Of a stretch of 64,000 nucleotides of DNA, positions 8,715-19,184 are shown piece by piece. The stretch covers positions 128,001 to 192,000 of the IMG/VR virus record IMGVR_UViG_3300033121_000493; one strand, written 5' to 3'. This DNA comes from a virus (lineage: Duplodnaviria > Caudoviricetes). Position numbers and translations under genes: made by a program. Positions within the stretch are counted from its first letter, which is position 1. Every line of letters starts with the position of its first letter. The notes under the pieces were generated by a model that saw only the letters and a program-made list of their open reading frames with translations, had not been told where the DNA came from and made no database searches.

Positions 8715-9539
8715 TTATACCTTATAGTATGTCGGCACCCAGAAACCGTCAACTTCTTTAAAGTCCCCCATCAGTGACGGCAACCTGCCTGAAATAAGTT
8801 TTAACATACACCCAACAATACATGCGATTTCCTCTTCAGCGTGTGGCGATGAACGCATAGTTATAACGTGCCGAATGGCTCGAATATTGAATGACCACAT
8901 TCCGCCAGTGCATATTCCCATAGGAAGAATCCGGCGAAGCATGGACGTTACAGTCTTTTTATACTTGAAATCCTTATCAGGTTCGTCAAGACCCCACAGT
9001 TTAACTAGCTCAGTATATGTTTCTTCAGTCTTAGCAAGTAACTTACTGCACTCATCTAGGGTAGCCTTTTTCTTCTTGGCCTCTTCCTCAGTGTCATTAG
9101 GGTTTTCACGGAGTGACGGCGGCACCCAAAAAGGAATTTCAGTAAATCGAACATAGCGTAACGACTGCTCACTGATAGCGACACCGGCTCTATGCCGATT
9201 CAGTTCTGCTGTAGCTACACGAGTAAGATTTTCAATACCAAAGTTAAACATAGCATGCTCAAAAACAGAGCCGTGTCCTTGCTTCAGAACATTACCTAGG
9301 TGGTCAGCAAGACTTTCTCTTACCTTAGTAACGTTTGGATTCGCGCCGGGTTTAAAGCTGTTGTAACACCGTTTAGCGGCAAGCGACACCAGCATTTCAC
9401 CCTGGTTAGGCATAGTATCAATGTCAGGCGGCAACTTATAGTCACTGCAACCGTTAATGCCGCGAATCCAATCTTCGGCAGCCGTAGTATCGATAGTTGG
9501 AAATCCGATCAAACTAACTTTGATTTCTTTAAACTGCAT
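8715..9539 (-). CDS. thyX: flavin-dependent thymidylate synthase
   Basis: GHGSVFEH, ThyX motif RHRAGVAISEQSLRY, RRILP, NIRAIRH..MR, HAEEEI. Confidence 0.95.
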   Translation of the reverse strand: MQFKEIKVSLIGFPTIDTTAAEDWIRGINGCSDYKLPPDIDTMPNQGEMLVSLAAKRCYNSFKPGANPNVTKVRESLADHLGNVLKQGHGSVFEHAMFNFGIENLTRVATAELNRHRAGVAISEQSLRYVRFTEIPFWVPPSLRENPNDTEEEAKKKKATLDECSKLLAKTEETYTELVKLWGLDEPDKDFKYKKTVTSMLRRILPMGICTGGMWSFNIRAIRHVITMRSSPHAEEEIACIVGCMLKLISGRLPSLMGDFKEVDGFWVPTYYKV

Positions 9540-9566
9540 GACGTTGGTCTTCCTACGCGTAGCGCG

Positions 9567-10337
9567 CTACACGCGATACACTTTGTAAGTTTCTTGTATT
9601 CCGCCAACCCTGTTAATGATATTAGCCATAAACGGGTGTACAGACTTGTTTTCTTGTGCTAATTGCAAATGACGTAAAAAAATCGCTGGTGATCTTGGCT
9701 GTTCTTTACTTACGAAATGCTTATTGCGTAAGTCATCGGTATGACTATTGTGACTAGTCAACTTTGCGGCGTAGCTATCAATACTACCACCGGCTAATTG
9801 CGCACGAACTATTATATCCGTGTCCTCATACCCCCAAGCAGTATCAAAGGACTCGTCATAATGCCCAATGCGTTCAAACAACCACTTACTAATAGCTAAC
9901 GTACCAGTTGAGCCGCCAGCGTCTCTACCGTGTAGTAAGAAATCGTTTACAACAATACCGCCTCGCGGCATATTGGCCAATTTTGTAGCGACAACGGTAC
10001 ACCACGATTTGTCCAACCATACGTCACAGTCGACGAACGCTATATCGCGCCCTGTAGCTAGTCTTCCGCCGATATTACGAAATCGACTAGCTCGGTAACA
10101 CATATCGTTAACGAGCTCAACAATCGTGACGTCTTTACCTGTAGCGTGCAGTATCTTAGATTGGGCTACATCGTTGTGGCCAATAACAAAAATATACTCA
10201 ATGTTAGGATACGATTGATCGAAGAAATATGGTAAAGCAAGTTTAAGAAATTCCCAGCGATCATAGCAAACAGATACTATACTAAGTTTCCTTAGTTGGT
10301 TTAGATTTAGCTTGTTTTGCAGCTTGTCGCCTACCAC
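9567..10337 (-). CDS. GT-A glycosyltransferase (GT2/GT7-like)
   Basis: LSIVSVCYDR, RNIG, FVDCD (DxD), YDESFDTAWGYEDTD (WGxED motif). Confidence 0.85.
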   Translation of the reverse strand: MVGDKLQNKLNLNQLRKLSIVSVCYDRWEFLKLALPYFFDQSYPNIEYIFVIGHNDVAQSKILHATGKDVTIVELVNDMCYRASRFRNIGGRLATGRDIAFVDCDVWLDKSWCTVVATKLANMPRGGIVVNDFLLHGRDAGGSTGTLAISKWLFERIGHYDESFDTAWGYEDTDIIVRAQLAGGSIDSYAAKLTSHNSHTDDLRNKHFVSKEQPRSPAIFLRHLQLAQENKSVHPFMANIINRVGGIQETYKVYRV

Positions 10338-10902
10338 GCTCTTCTTCTCGTTTTATGAAGTAATCGTACGCCGCGTCCTCATCTTTACTTGTGTATACGC
10401 CACCTTTAATCAAAAACTCAGAAAACACTACAGCAAAACGCACGGCAGTATAGTCACGCCACGAAGATTCAAGTATCTCAGCGTACAGCTTATTGTAGCG
10501 GTCCGCCACTGCCGGATCTGTGCCATTTTGCGCGAGCAGTATAGCATGCTTAGCTGCTGTAGCTTTTGCTTTATATGCCTTACCTATTAGCAACTTAATT
10601 ATGTTATACAAGTACTCTACGGGTGCGTCTCGAATATCTATAAACTTACCGTCTGCAGTTCGCCATTTGTATGCGTTGATAACTACAGCACGACCACTAT
10701 GGCCGATACTGTTAAACATTTGATGGCGGTGTAGCCAAGTTTTGGGCGTACCACACGTAGGACAAATCCGGCCTGGTCCACCTTCGTACACACCGGCTTT
10801 TTTGCACAAAGGGCACGGACGTACACTATCTGACTTCATACGTATAAGCATTTTCGTCTGCACGCGGTAACCCGCCTTTTCCTGTTTCGCCTGGCAGTTC
10901 AA
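10282..10902 (-). CDS. hypothetical zinc-ribbon protein
   Basis: CPLC...CPTC followed by WRTADGKFIDIRD; true start uncertain. Confidence 0.6.
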   Translation of the reverse strand: MNCQAKQEKAGYRVQTKMLIRMKSDSVRPCPLCKKAGVYEGGPGRICPTCGTPKTWLHRHQMFNSIGHSGRAVVINAYKWRTADGKFIDIRDAPVEYLYNIIKLLIGKAYKAKATAAKHAILLAQNGTDPAVADRYNKLYAEILESSWRDYTAVRFAVVFSEFLIKGGVYTSKDEDAAYDYFIKREEERGRRQAAKQAKSKPTKET

Positions 10903-11719
10903 ACCCAGATGTGACTATGCACGAGTTCGAAAACTTCTTATGTGCAGTATAAGATTGAGTAATATCATGTGTTGGATACGGCTCAAGCCTGGACTCATCC
11001 GAATGTGTTAAAAATGATAACCTCGAAGAATCGTAGTACTTAACAACTTCTCCGCAATCATCAGCTGCTAACCGTAATCTAGTAGTATAGTCTTCAAACT
11101 CATAGCCCCATCCAACAGGAGTTTCCATCATCAATTCGTTAAACCCGTTTACGCGGGTATGCAACCATCGCTTTACGACTACTAGCTTACCGGCTTCAGC
11201 GTTATGCGGTACGTTGTGTAAAAACACGTCATTAATATAAGCAGCCCACGAGAAGTTGTGGAGGTTTAAATCAGACAAAAAGTTATCGGCTGGCAAAATA
11301 TCAGCTGTTGTAAAAACAATGATCTCGCTGGTGGTGGCGCGAGCTCCGATATTAAACGCATTAGCTATATTCCAATTAGGTGTATTAATGAATACGTTAC
11401 GCGTTGTTTTGTCATTAAAAATGATAGAATCAGTCGAATAACTGGCCACAACGATCTCTAACTTGCCGTCGTATGTGCAACGTTGCCAGGCTGTAAGTGC
11501 TTCTCTGAGGTGATCAGATCTAGAATAGAACGGAATAACAACTGAAATGCTAGGTTTATTTTTAGGAGAACTGCTAATATCTAGGGGTACTTTACGTACC
11601 GACGCCGAAATCTGGCTCGTCGTCCTCATCATCGGGGGTCTTAAAGGGCTCATCAGTTTCTTGCTTCCCAGCTTCGGCCTCAGCCTCGGCAGCGTTAACT
11701 TGACGCGCAAACTCTTCAA
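10826..11719 (-). CDS. GT-A glycosyltransferase (GT2/GT7-like)
   Basis: ISVVIPFY, AFNIGA, FTTADI, GFNELM..VGWGYEFED; N-terminal about 40 aa overlap the upstream ORF and may not be translated. Confidence 0.75.
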   Translation of the reverse strand: MKSLRVKLTLPRLRPKLGSKKLMSPLRPPMMRTTSQISASVRKVPLDISSSPKNKPSISVVIPFYSRSDHLREALTAWQRCTYDGKLEIVVASYSTDSIIFNDKTTRNVFINTPNWNIANAFNIGARATTSEIIVFTTADILPADNFLSDLNLHNFSWAAYINDVFLHNVPHNAEAGKLVVVKRWLHTRVNGFNELMMETPVGWGYEFEDYTTRLRLAADDCGEVVKYYDSSRLSFLTHSDESRLEPYPTHDITQSYTAHKKFSNSCIVTSGFELPGETGKGGLPRADENAYTYEVR

Positions 11720-11870
11720 AAAAGAGATTCACCAAAGTAGTGCTTTGGCTTAAACTAAACGCCGGTAAAGACGCAGCCTCATCGTCTGTGATAAACCCTT
11801 CGTCGGCTTCATCAAGTGGAAACTCGTGTTCCATTTTCCTGTTCCTTGTTGTGTTTCTTGATTTTGTCAC
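11592..11870 (-). CDS. small acidic protein
   Basis: D/E-rich (DEADEGFITDDE...DDEDDEPDF); likely start at MEHEF. Confidence 0.55.
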   Translation of the reverse strand: MTKSRNTTRNRKMEHEFPLDEADEGFITDDEAASLPAFSLSQSTTLVNLFFEEFARQVNAAEAEAEAGKQETDEPFKTPDDEDDEPDFGVGT

Positions 11871-12453
11871 GGATACGATTGCATATTAGTTGCGTTAACA
11901 AACAGTGAACAGACTCAACACAATACGAGGATACTGGATCAGTATCACCTATGGCTTGAACGCGCATAGCTGTATGTGCAAACTTAGCTATTGGTGTACC
12001 AGGATATGACGTTGATACTATAACAGATATACCGGAGGCATGAGCTACACTAGCGGCCTCTATGATATCGTCAGAAGAAGGATCATAGGCAAAAGCCCAA
12101 AAACAATCACCGACTGACGCTTGTCTAGATATATCCATTGCTGGTATTCCATGTTTCTTAATTCGCCTGTTGGCTGGATTAAAAAAGTCTGTACCTACCA
12201 GTGAAGCACGCAGCCAGCTCTGCTTAATTTTATTGTTAGGCTCGTATTTAGTTAATAGCCTAGCTGCTTCTGCTGCCATCAAATATCCTGAATCCGATCC
12301 GTATAGCCATAATGTTCTATTAGCTGTGTAAGTTTTAAACAATAGTGCACATGTGGTGTCAACTGCTTTAATTAGCATATCGTCGTTTAATTGCTGAAAA
12401 ACAGTTTCACACGTTACACGTGCCGCTCTGAGATCAATAAGATTAGCTGCCAC
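11812..12453 (-). CDS. SIS-domain, phosphoheptose isomerase (GmhA)-like protein, apparently degenerate
   Basis: Layout matches GmhA (TLWLYG, VGDCFWAF, IIEAA..A...GISVI, ESVHCLLTQLIC), but GNGGS is GSDSG and STSGNS is absent. Confidence 0.65.
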   Translation of the reverse strand: MAANLIDLRAARVTCETVFQQLNDDMLIKAVDTTCALLFKTYTANRTLWLYGSDSGYLMAAEAARLLTKYEPNNKIKQSWLRASLVGTDFFNPANRRIKKHGIPAMDISRQASVGDCFWAFAYDPSSDDIIEAASVAHASGISVIVSTSYPGTPIAKFAHTAMRVQAIGDTDPVSSYCVESVHCLLTQLICNRIRDKIKKHNKEQENGTRVST

Positions 12454-12460
12454 AAAAGCC

Positions 12461-12922
12461 TCAAATATGAAAGGTACGTTTATTTACAACTACATTAGCT
12501 TTATCACCCAGCACAGCGAGCGCTACAATAGTTGGCAACCATGAAATATCGCCAAATGCGTGCTGTAGATAGTCTTTTGCTTGTTTGATAGTACAAGCGT
12601 TAGCCATTAAGTCAAATTGTATTTTCGATAAGCTAAATCTTGTTACCGATATAAATGTCAGTATTCTGGTTAGACTAATCTCACAATGCTCATTGAGGAC
12701 TTCTGCGCCATAAATGTTATCGTCATTTTTAGCAGATGACTCTGTCGCATCGTTCACCAAGAGCATCGCTTTGTCTTGCAGCAATTTATTCAGTTGCTGT
12801 AACAGTAGCACAAAATCTAAAACGGGACCGTCTTCTGGGTAGTCTACAATAGTATTATAAGCGCCAAACGCGGGCTGTAGCGCAACAGTGGCAATAGAGG
12901 CGCTTACTACTGGTCTATCCAT
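12461..12922 (-). CDS. hypothetical protein
   Basis: 153-aa ORF coupled to the tmk stop. Confidence 0.6.
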   Translation of the reverse strand: MDRPVVSASIATVALQPAFGAYNTIVDYPEDGPVLDFVLLLQQLNKLLQDKAMLLVNDATESSAKNDDNIYGAEVLNEHCEISLTRILTFISVTRFSLSKIQFDLMANACTIKQAKDYLQHAFGDISWLPTIVALAVLGDKANVVVNKRTFHI

Positions 12923-13655
12923 TACTCACCGGCAAAAGTTTCACAAAAGATTGCTCCTGCAACAATCTGTTCAAAATAACAGTACGCACGTCCTCCACAG
13001 ATTCTAACGGACTGTACGGTACACCAATCACAGTTTTACCGCACATCTTGTACTGAGAGCCAGTAGCTAAATAGGCTACTGCGTTGTAGTCTTTTGCTCT
13101 AGCCTGGTATTCTTCAAACCCGTTAGCTTCGTATTTATCTTTTACGTTATCTTTACCAGCTGCTGCCAACGCGCGCGAATAAGCTACTTTATGATCCAGC
13201 ATTAAAATCATAGTTATGTCAGGAGGCTCTAAGCGCACAGCTGTCATCATTGAATACAACTGTCCAGCTAAATTATACTGCCCTGATGTTAACGTAGCGT
13301 CAGGCCAATTATTAAGCTTCGCTAGCGCCTGCCAGCCGTACACATAAAAGCCAACAGCAAACCTGTCTAACACAATTATGGCACCAGGATTATCAGTTTG
13401 TATTTTCTTAATCGCAGAAGCGCACTCTAGCTTAGCGGCAAGAAATAGCATCAATCTAGTAGCGGGATTTTCAAATTCAGAATAGCGGCCTAAACGTCTA
13501 AGTTCTTGCGCCGCCGTATGATTATCGTCAACGCCGGGATCGCGAAAGCTATAAACGCTATTAGGGTTACCAGTCTTTTCTTTAAGCCAGTCTACCAGAA
13601 GTTTAGCTTGCGTACTTTTGCCGGTTCCGTGTGGTCCTTCTAAGCAGATTACCAT
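12915..13655 (-). CDS. tmk: thymidylate (dTMP) kinase
   Basis: LEGPHGTGKSTQ P-loop, RDPG, LMLFLAA, VLDRF, PDITMIL, DKYE. Confidence 0.88.
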   Translation of the reverse strand: MVICLEGPHGTGKSTQAKLLVDWLKEKTGNPNSVYSFRDPGVDDNHTAAQELRRLGRYSEFENPATRLMLFLAAKLECASAIKKIQTDNPGAIIVLDRFAVGFYVYGWQALAKLNNWPDATLTSGQYNLAGQLYSMMTAVRLEPPDITMILMLDHKVAYSRALAAAGKDNVKDKYEANGFEEYQARAKDYNAVAYLATGSQYKMCGKTVIGVPYSPLESVEDVRTVILNRLLQEQSFVKLLPVSNG

Positions 13656-14161
13656 ACATCTTGCTCCATTAAATAGAACGGACTAAGCATATCAGACGAA
13701 GGAATCAAACTAGCTATCTTACTAACAATATTAGCATGCCTGGCCTGTAACGATTGTGCGCTGGTGGCCGTATTAAAAAGTTGCGGATTTGTAAGCATAT
13801 TATAGACGTATATTAAGTCATGCACAGTTAGTTTAAGCACCCTAGTTTTAGCGAGCTCGTCTACGGTGACTGGTTTAAGTCGTTCAGACAAAAAGGCGGC
13901 TTCTTTCTTTTTACGCAACAACTCGTCAGGACGTATTCTGTAGTATGAGGACGATTTTGGAAGTCCCAGGCTATTGAGTATTGTTGCCATCTCTGAGTAA
14001 GTAGCGCACTCTACATCAAAACTACCGTAGGCTACGCCCCTGAGCTCTCTTGCCCGCTTATCACCATTAATTCCACATTTAGCTTTTAGCTCGTCTACAC
14101 TATGCCAGTTACCGTCTTTCAAAATATTAAACGCGTCGAACGGTGAGGCTGTTTTACGCAT
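13649..14161 (-). CDS. putative helix-turn-helix protein
   Basis: N-terminal ILKDGNWHSVDEL...KRARELR resembles a winged HTH. Confidence 0.45.
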   Translation of the reverse strand: MRKTASPFDAFNILKDGNWHSVDELKAKCGINGDKRARELRGVAYGSFDVECATYSEMATILNSLGLPKSSSYYRIRPDELLRKKKEAAFLSERLKPVTVDELAKTRVLKLTVHDLIYVYNMLTNPQLFNTATSAQSLQARHANIVSKIASLIPSSDMLSPFYLMEQDVW

Positions 14162-15017
14162 GGCTTAGCTCAGCTACAAACTTAGTCATGGCAGCGTGAA
14201 GAATATCACGTTTGACGTACCACATAGGTGTCAAAAATTGACATGGGGTATTATGAGGATTCCAGTGTTTGGTGTACCTATCACGGATATTGTCACTTCC
14301 GCCACCCCATACTATATGTGGCGTTTTAGTATACGCCGCTAGATGCATAGGTCCAGATGACGACCCTATAACAAAACTAGCACAGTTATAAATGGCGATA
14401 AGATCATCTAGAGTAGTAGAGTTAGTGAGATTAATACCACACTCGTTATGAAATTTATCGTTTACATTACCTACAAAAATCAGCTTTTTACCATTATGAT
14501 CACACCACTCAGACACAGCGTCAATCGACAACTGAGAAGTATTCTTTTGCGGGCTTCTATGTAGCATACGCAAGTGCATAACGACAGCGTCGCCTGCTAT
14601 CTCGCTCCATTTGTCGCGATGCGCGGTGTCCGGCTTTAGCGTAATCGCCGCTTTTTCATTATTACGAAAACCAAACATACGATACGCGGCACGCGGCAAT
14701 TTAATAGTAGTAACTGTATGCCCTAACAGTTGTAAGCGTAATACTGCTTTGTCAGCGGCAGCATACAGTTCTCGAAAGTAATCGTGAGCTTCTGGTTTAT
14801 GTGTGAGAAAAGCGTTACACTCGGTAAACGCTTCAAACTTAGTAACACTAGTTATTTCAGGATTAAATATCCGGTATAAACCTTCTCTAGATACGCGTGT
14901 ACCTGCGTGTACTGCGTCAAATTCATGTGAAATAAACTCATGGTATACGCGCGGAAGCCAATTACCTAGCTCCCAGCCGAGTTCACCACAATATGGGTAT
15001 GCATATAGAATTTTCAT
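14154..15017 (-). CDS. GT9 (heptosyltransferase)-like glycosyltransferase
   Basis: GELGWE N-terminal motif; INLTNSTTLDDLIAIY..ASFVIGSSSGPMHLAAY..TPHIVW matches the GT9 signature. Confidence 0.75.
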   Translation of the reverse strand: MKILYAYPYCGELGWELGNWLPRVYHEFISHEFDAVHAGTRVSREGLYRIFNPEITSVTKFEAFTECNAFLTHKPEAHDYFRELYAAADKAVLRLQLLGHTVTTIKLPRAAYRMFGFRNNEKAAITLKPDTAHRDKWSEIAGDAVVMHLRMLHRSPQKNTSQLSIDAVSEWCDHNGKKLIFVGNVNDKFHNECGINLTNSTTLDDLIAIYNCASFVIGSSSGPMHLAAYTKTPHIVWGGGSDNIRDRYTKHWNPHNTPCQFLTPMWYVKRDILHAAMTKFVAELSHA

Positions 15018-15844
15018 TGGCTTTTCAGTCCAAACTGCTCGGTAATATCCGAGCCAATAGTCTCACGAGTTCCACCGACCGATGTCACTTTTGATATGTT
15101 AGACCCGTTGTTGACTACGTATATAACAGCGCGAAATGGTAGCGGAAAAGTAACTTTACCTGCTTGCCTAATCCGCTCAAACACACTCGCGTGCCCCGCA
15201 AACAACCAGTGCGTTTTACGATCAAACGCATTTACGTTTCCATGCGTATTAAACAACTCACGGTCTTGTACTGTTATTCTATTGATATTACAAGAGCCAC
15301 ATGTCTTATGAAACGCGTCAAGTAGTCTTAGCTCATTAGTACCTAAAACGTGGCTATAGCCTTTAGTTACGGTATAACCGCCACAATCAGGCTGGTTACT
15401 AGTCATAACGTAACTAGCTAAATTGCGGTTTACCATGTCGTCAGCGTCTACTAACATAACGTATTCACATTCCGGATCTTTGAGTGCTTCTGTTAGGCAC
15501 ACTTTAATCTTTGAATACTTATCGTTAACTTTGCGACGTGTTATATCTGGCAAAGCAGGAAGTATTTTACCTGACAACTCGTTGTACTCATCCAGTTCTA
15601 TCGTTTTAGGTGTTGAAAACGTTACGCGATGATGTTTCAATCTGCTGTTCGCTAACAACTCAGTATCGGCTATTGGAAGATCGTCATGAGAAGCCACGTT
15701 GACCTGAACACCGTCGTACGACTGGCGCAGCAAAGACTGTAGACATAACGTAAACGTAGTCTCTACCGAGTTTAATTTACCGCTCCAATTATCTTGTACC
15801 ATGACACGAGGCATGAGAGGAACCAGAAAGTGGAATTTAGCCAT
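15014..15844 (-). CDS. GT-A glycosyltransferase
   Basis: FLVPL, CLQSLLRQS, DKYSK, YVMLVDADD, CGS. Confidence 0.75.
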   Translation of the reverse strand: MAKFHFLVPLMPRVMVQDNWSGKLNSVETTFTLCLQSLLRQSYDGVQVNVASHDDLPIADTELLANSRLKHHRVTFSTPKTIELDEYNELSGKILPALPDITRRKVNDKYSKIKVCLTEALKDPECEYVMLVDADDMVNRNLASYVMTSNQPDCGGYTVTKGYSHVLGTNELRLLDAFHKTCGSCNINRITVQDRELFNTHGNVNAFDRKTHWLFAGHASVFERIRQAGKVTFPLPFRAVIYVVNNGSNISKVTSVGGTRETIGSDITEQFGLKSQ

Positions 15845-16808
15845 TAGGCACCTGTCTAAGGCAGTTCAAGATGTTATCTACTGCTCGATCTATAGATAGA
15901 TGATTGGTGTAATGATTTCTCGGACTAAGTTTATTGTAATTACGCAGCGCCCAATCTAAGTCGTCGCTAAATGTGGTTTCATCAAAAACTCTACCGACAT
16001 TCTTAGGGCAGTATAAGTCAAAGTTTAGCCTGGTAGAATTACTTACCAGAATAGGACAACCACACGCTAACGCTTCCGGCACGACACGCGGGCATGAATC
16101 TTGTCCGCGCGTATGTATTACAGCAACTTTAGCTTGCGCGTACAACAGTGGTAATTCTTTGCGCGGTACCCAGCCCGTAAACGTACCAGTAGGACAAGTC
16201 TTTGCCCATTTACTGCGACTAATGCCTACGTGAATAAACGGCACGCCTTTCAGGGCGTCTAGCACAAACGTATGACCTTTATAGGCGTGCTTACTGTAAT
16301 TAGCCACAAAGATAACGTCATACCGTTTTTCAGCTGGCATCGGCATAAACACATTATCAGCAGCTGGCTTAACAAACAACGACGCGCAGTAGCCATTATT
16401 CTGCGCGGCCATTAGCTGTTTAAGAGTATCTACGAAAACCAGATCCCAAGGACCACCGGCTGGCGGTACAGCGCGGGCACCGGCACCATAGTAAATCTTT
16501 ACTGCAGACTTGTGTCTGGCAGCTTCAACAGTCATAAAGTCGAAACCGCCGCGCGCAAACACTACGTCTGGTGTGAATAAACACTTAGTTTTAGCGTATC
16601 TATCCACCCAGCGCTCTTTGAACGCGTCCGAATAGTCTACAACTCGGTTGCCTTTTTCGTACCACAGCTCGCCATACCCGTTTGTTTTAGTAACAAGTCT
16701 ATTAGCGAGCTGTAACCACATATCGTCATTTTCAGACAATGTATTAAACGTTATCTGACTCGCTGGGCGGTCAGACGGCACTTGTCCTCGTAGAAATAGG
16801 AGACGCAT
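15837..16808 (-). CDS. GT-B glycosyltransferase (GT4-like)
   Basis: KRYDVIFVA, KGH, GWVPRKEL..LY, DSCPRVVPEALACGCPIL; start moved to MRLLFL at 16808. Confidence 0.85.
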   Translation of the reverse strand: MRLLFLRGQVPSDRPASQITFNTLSENDDMWLQLANRLVTKTNGYGELWYEKGNRVVDYSDAFKERWVDRYAKTKCLFTPDVVFARGGFDFMTVEAARHKSAVKIYYGAGARAVPPAGGPWDLVFVDTLKQLMAAQNNGYCASLFVKPAADNVFMPMPAEKRYDVIFVANYSKHAYKGHTFVLDALKGVPFIHVGISRSKWAKTCPTGTFTGWVPRKELPLLYAQAKVAVIHTRGQDSCPRVVPEALACGCPILVSNSTRLNFDLYCPKNVGRVFDETTFSDDLDWALRNYNKLSPRNHYTNHLSIDRAVDNILNCLRQVPNG

Positions 16809-16815
16809 TCTTATA

Positions 16816-17517
16816 CTATCCTGCAGGTTTACCGTCAGAGTAAACCCAATGAGTAAACTTGTCCTTAGAAAATCCAATATCTCTAGGCTTTAATAAACCA
16901 CGTTCGGCGCGCCAATCTGCGCCATTGTCCTTAACTATGCCTTTTTTGTTAGGATAAATAACGGCCAATAAGTGTGTACCGTATGTGTTTATCAGATGTC
17001 GGCAAAGTTGCTTCTCGGGATCACCGTCGCCGTGAAACGATTTTACCATAGCGTATATTAAATCGCTGCGTAAAACGCTAGGAGTCATACACACAGCAGG
17101 CTGATTAGCGGAATTTACTTTAGGCAATCTGCATTGCCACACAGGTCCGCTTTTATGCTTTGCTGCTTCGAGCGCAGTAATCATGTCGTCTAAGTTCACC
17201 TTACGTAACATCAGCCAGTCGTCTTCTAGATGAAACGTATATTTGTAATCCGCTACCTGCGACCACAACCACTTTACCGCTAATGGGAATGATGGTGAAT
17301 TAGTCAGGTTAGCTTTAACTTTACCAAAGAACTGCTCAGCCACGGCTACAACATCTTCATAGGTGTAATTTGTAGATACGGCAACGTTATCTATATTGAG
17401 AAACAAAGTAAACTGCTTAAAGTCTACGCCTAGATTTTCCTGAAACGAGCTATACGTCTCGCGCAGGATATCCGGTCGTATTACGGTAGGAGTAGTAAAA
17501 CACAGCGTAGTATTCAC
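16816..17517 (-). CDS. GT-A glycosyltransferase
   Basis: RPDILRETYSSF, LNID, YTFHLEDDW; paralog of 17514-18227. Confidence 0.75.
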   Translation of the reverse strand: MNTTLCFTTPTVIRPDILRETYSSFQENLGVDFKQFTLFLNIDNVAVSTNYTYEDVVAVAEQFFGKVKANLTNSPSFPLAVKWLWSQVADYKYTFHLEDDWLMLRKVNLDDMITALEAAKHKSGPVWQCRLPKVNSANQPAVCMTPSVLRSDLIYAMVKSFHGDGDPEKQLCRHLINTYGTHLLAVIYPNKKGIVKDNGADWRAERGLLKPRDIGFSKDKFTHWVYSDGKPAG

Positions 17518-18227
17518 GGCTTACTTCCGAATACGACTCCAGAACTGTCACACCATTTAGTAAATGATGTTTTCAGCCCGCCCAGCTCGTTAGGTTTAAA
17601 TATCGAACGAGTTTTTCGCCACGCTCTACCTATATCAACAACCATATTGGTTTTTTTAGCGTAGGCAGTAATAGCGCACTTTCTCGTGCCAAACTGTGCC
17701 TCTACTAATTTCTTTACCTGCGACTCAAACGCCACAGCAGTATCTAACTTAGACGACACTAAATTGCACAAGGCGCGAGAGTATATACCTGGCGACGTAC
17801 ATATCACCCTGTCGTTCATTGGCTTTTCACGCGGCAATCTAACTTGTAGCAGCGGCGGACTAGTTATAGTGTAATCAGCAAAGATCTTTAACATCTCGCT
17901 TATATTAAATGGCGCTTTAGCTTCCCAATCATCTTCTAGCCAAAATACATACGGCTCGTTACTTCGAGTCATAAGATGTAAAGCTGAAGAAGGATAACCC
18001 AAATTTGTAGTATGGATGCAACTACGCACATTTTTGAAATACTTTTTGGCGCAGTTAATAACGTCATCAGCAGTACAATCTGGGTTTAGCGGCGCATTAT
18101 CAATACAGATATTTGCGTCAAATTCGCTAAGACCGGGCGTACAGTGTTTACTAAAACTAGACAGTGTTTTGTCTAGTACACTAGCCCGCAATACAGCCGG
18201 GATACAGAACACTAAATCGTTAGCCAT
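17514..18227 (-). CDS. GT-A glycosyltransferase
   Basis: RASVLDKTLSSF, ICID, NLGY, YVFWLEDDW, DIG..WR. Confidence 0.75.
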   Translation of the reverse strand: MANDLVFCIPAVLRASVLDKTLSSFSKHCTPGLSEFDANICIDNAPLNPDCTADDVINCAKKYFKNVRSCIHTTNLGYPSSALHLMTRSNEPYVFWLEDDWEAKAPFNISEMLKIFADYTITSPPLLQVRLPREKPMNDRVICTSPGIYSRALCNLVSSKLDTAVAFESQVKKLVEAQFGTRKCAITAYAKKTNMVVDIGRAWRKTRSIFKPNELGGLKTSFTKWCDSSGVVFGSKP

Positions 18228-18245
18228 GATAGCCTCAAGTTTCGA

Positions 18246-19184
18246 TTAAGCTGACAGTATAGAATCAATAGATTTTTCTATAGAAAACTGATTAACGGCA
18301 TCTGATCGACAAGCAGTGTGGTTAGCTTCACGGCGTAAGGTTTCAGCCAAAGCTACTACATTTTTGCTGTTTGCCCTGACGGATATGTTAGGTGAACCGT
18401 AGCAATCTGACCACGGCGCAGACTCATGATAAACAACGGGCAACCCGCACATAGCCATCTCAAGATAACTTTGTGGAAATCCTTCGTCTTCGTACGTGGT
18501 GAACACGGCCCCTACTTTACATTGCGCGAACAACGCCGGTAAACAATCAGTAGCCACATACGGAATAGTAAGACAGGAATGTTGGCTGATTTTTATGTCT
18601 ATGACCTCTTTGCTACCACCTATCCACAAAAACGATCTAGGTTCAGCCAGGTTGTCCGCTAACTCATTGATAAACCAACCCTGGTTCTTACCAGCTTTAG
18701 GTTTTCCTATGACGCAGTAGTCATACTTACGTTCAGCCGTAAGCAACGGCCACTTGTCCGGATCTTTACCTTTTATCCAAGTACGCATAGATTTGTGGTA
18801 TATACGTTGTTCACAATCTACAAGACTGACGTCACAGTGCGGATTATACAAGTCATGTGCGCCGCACGAGTAGTGGATTTTTCTATTGCGTATGCGCTTT
18901 AACAAATCGGCTTTAGCGTCAGTCCACTTTTTAAGTGACCAAACAACGGCGTTTGGCCACGTGTTACAGTAATCGACAATAGCGTCCGTATCCGAAGTTG
19001 CCAACTCATACGATGCCATATCTCCGTCAATTTCAAACGGAAATATCAGTGCTCCAGCTAGACGAGCGTAGTCACGATAGCCGAACGTTATGTTCTTGGA
19101 GAATATCCGATTGTATTTCGGGCTGATCTCTTTGTGCGGATTGCCACATATGATTATCAATCGCGGATTCGCTGGGAGACTCAT
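18246..19184 (-). CDS. GT-B glycosyltransferase (GT4-like)
   Basis: KYDYCVIG, KNQ, EGFPQSYLEMAMCGLPVV, FSIE. Confidence 0.85.
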   Translation of the reverse strand: MSLPANPRLIIICGNPHKEISPKYNRIFSKNITFGYRDYARLAGALIFPFEIDGDMASYELATSDTDAIVDYCNTWPNAVVWSLKKWTDAKADLLKRIRNRKIHYSCGAHDLYNPHCDVSLVDCEQRIYHKSMRTWIKGKDPDKWPLLTAERKYDYCVIGKPKAGKNQGWFINELADNLAEPRSFLWIGGSKEVIDIKISQHSCLTIPYVATDCLPALFAQCKVGAVFTTYEDEGFPQSYLEMAMCGLPVVYHESAPWSDCYGSPNISVRANSKNVVALAETLRREANHTACRSDAVNQFSIEKSIDSILSA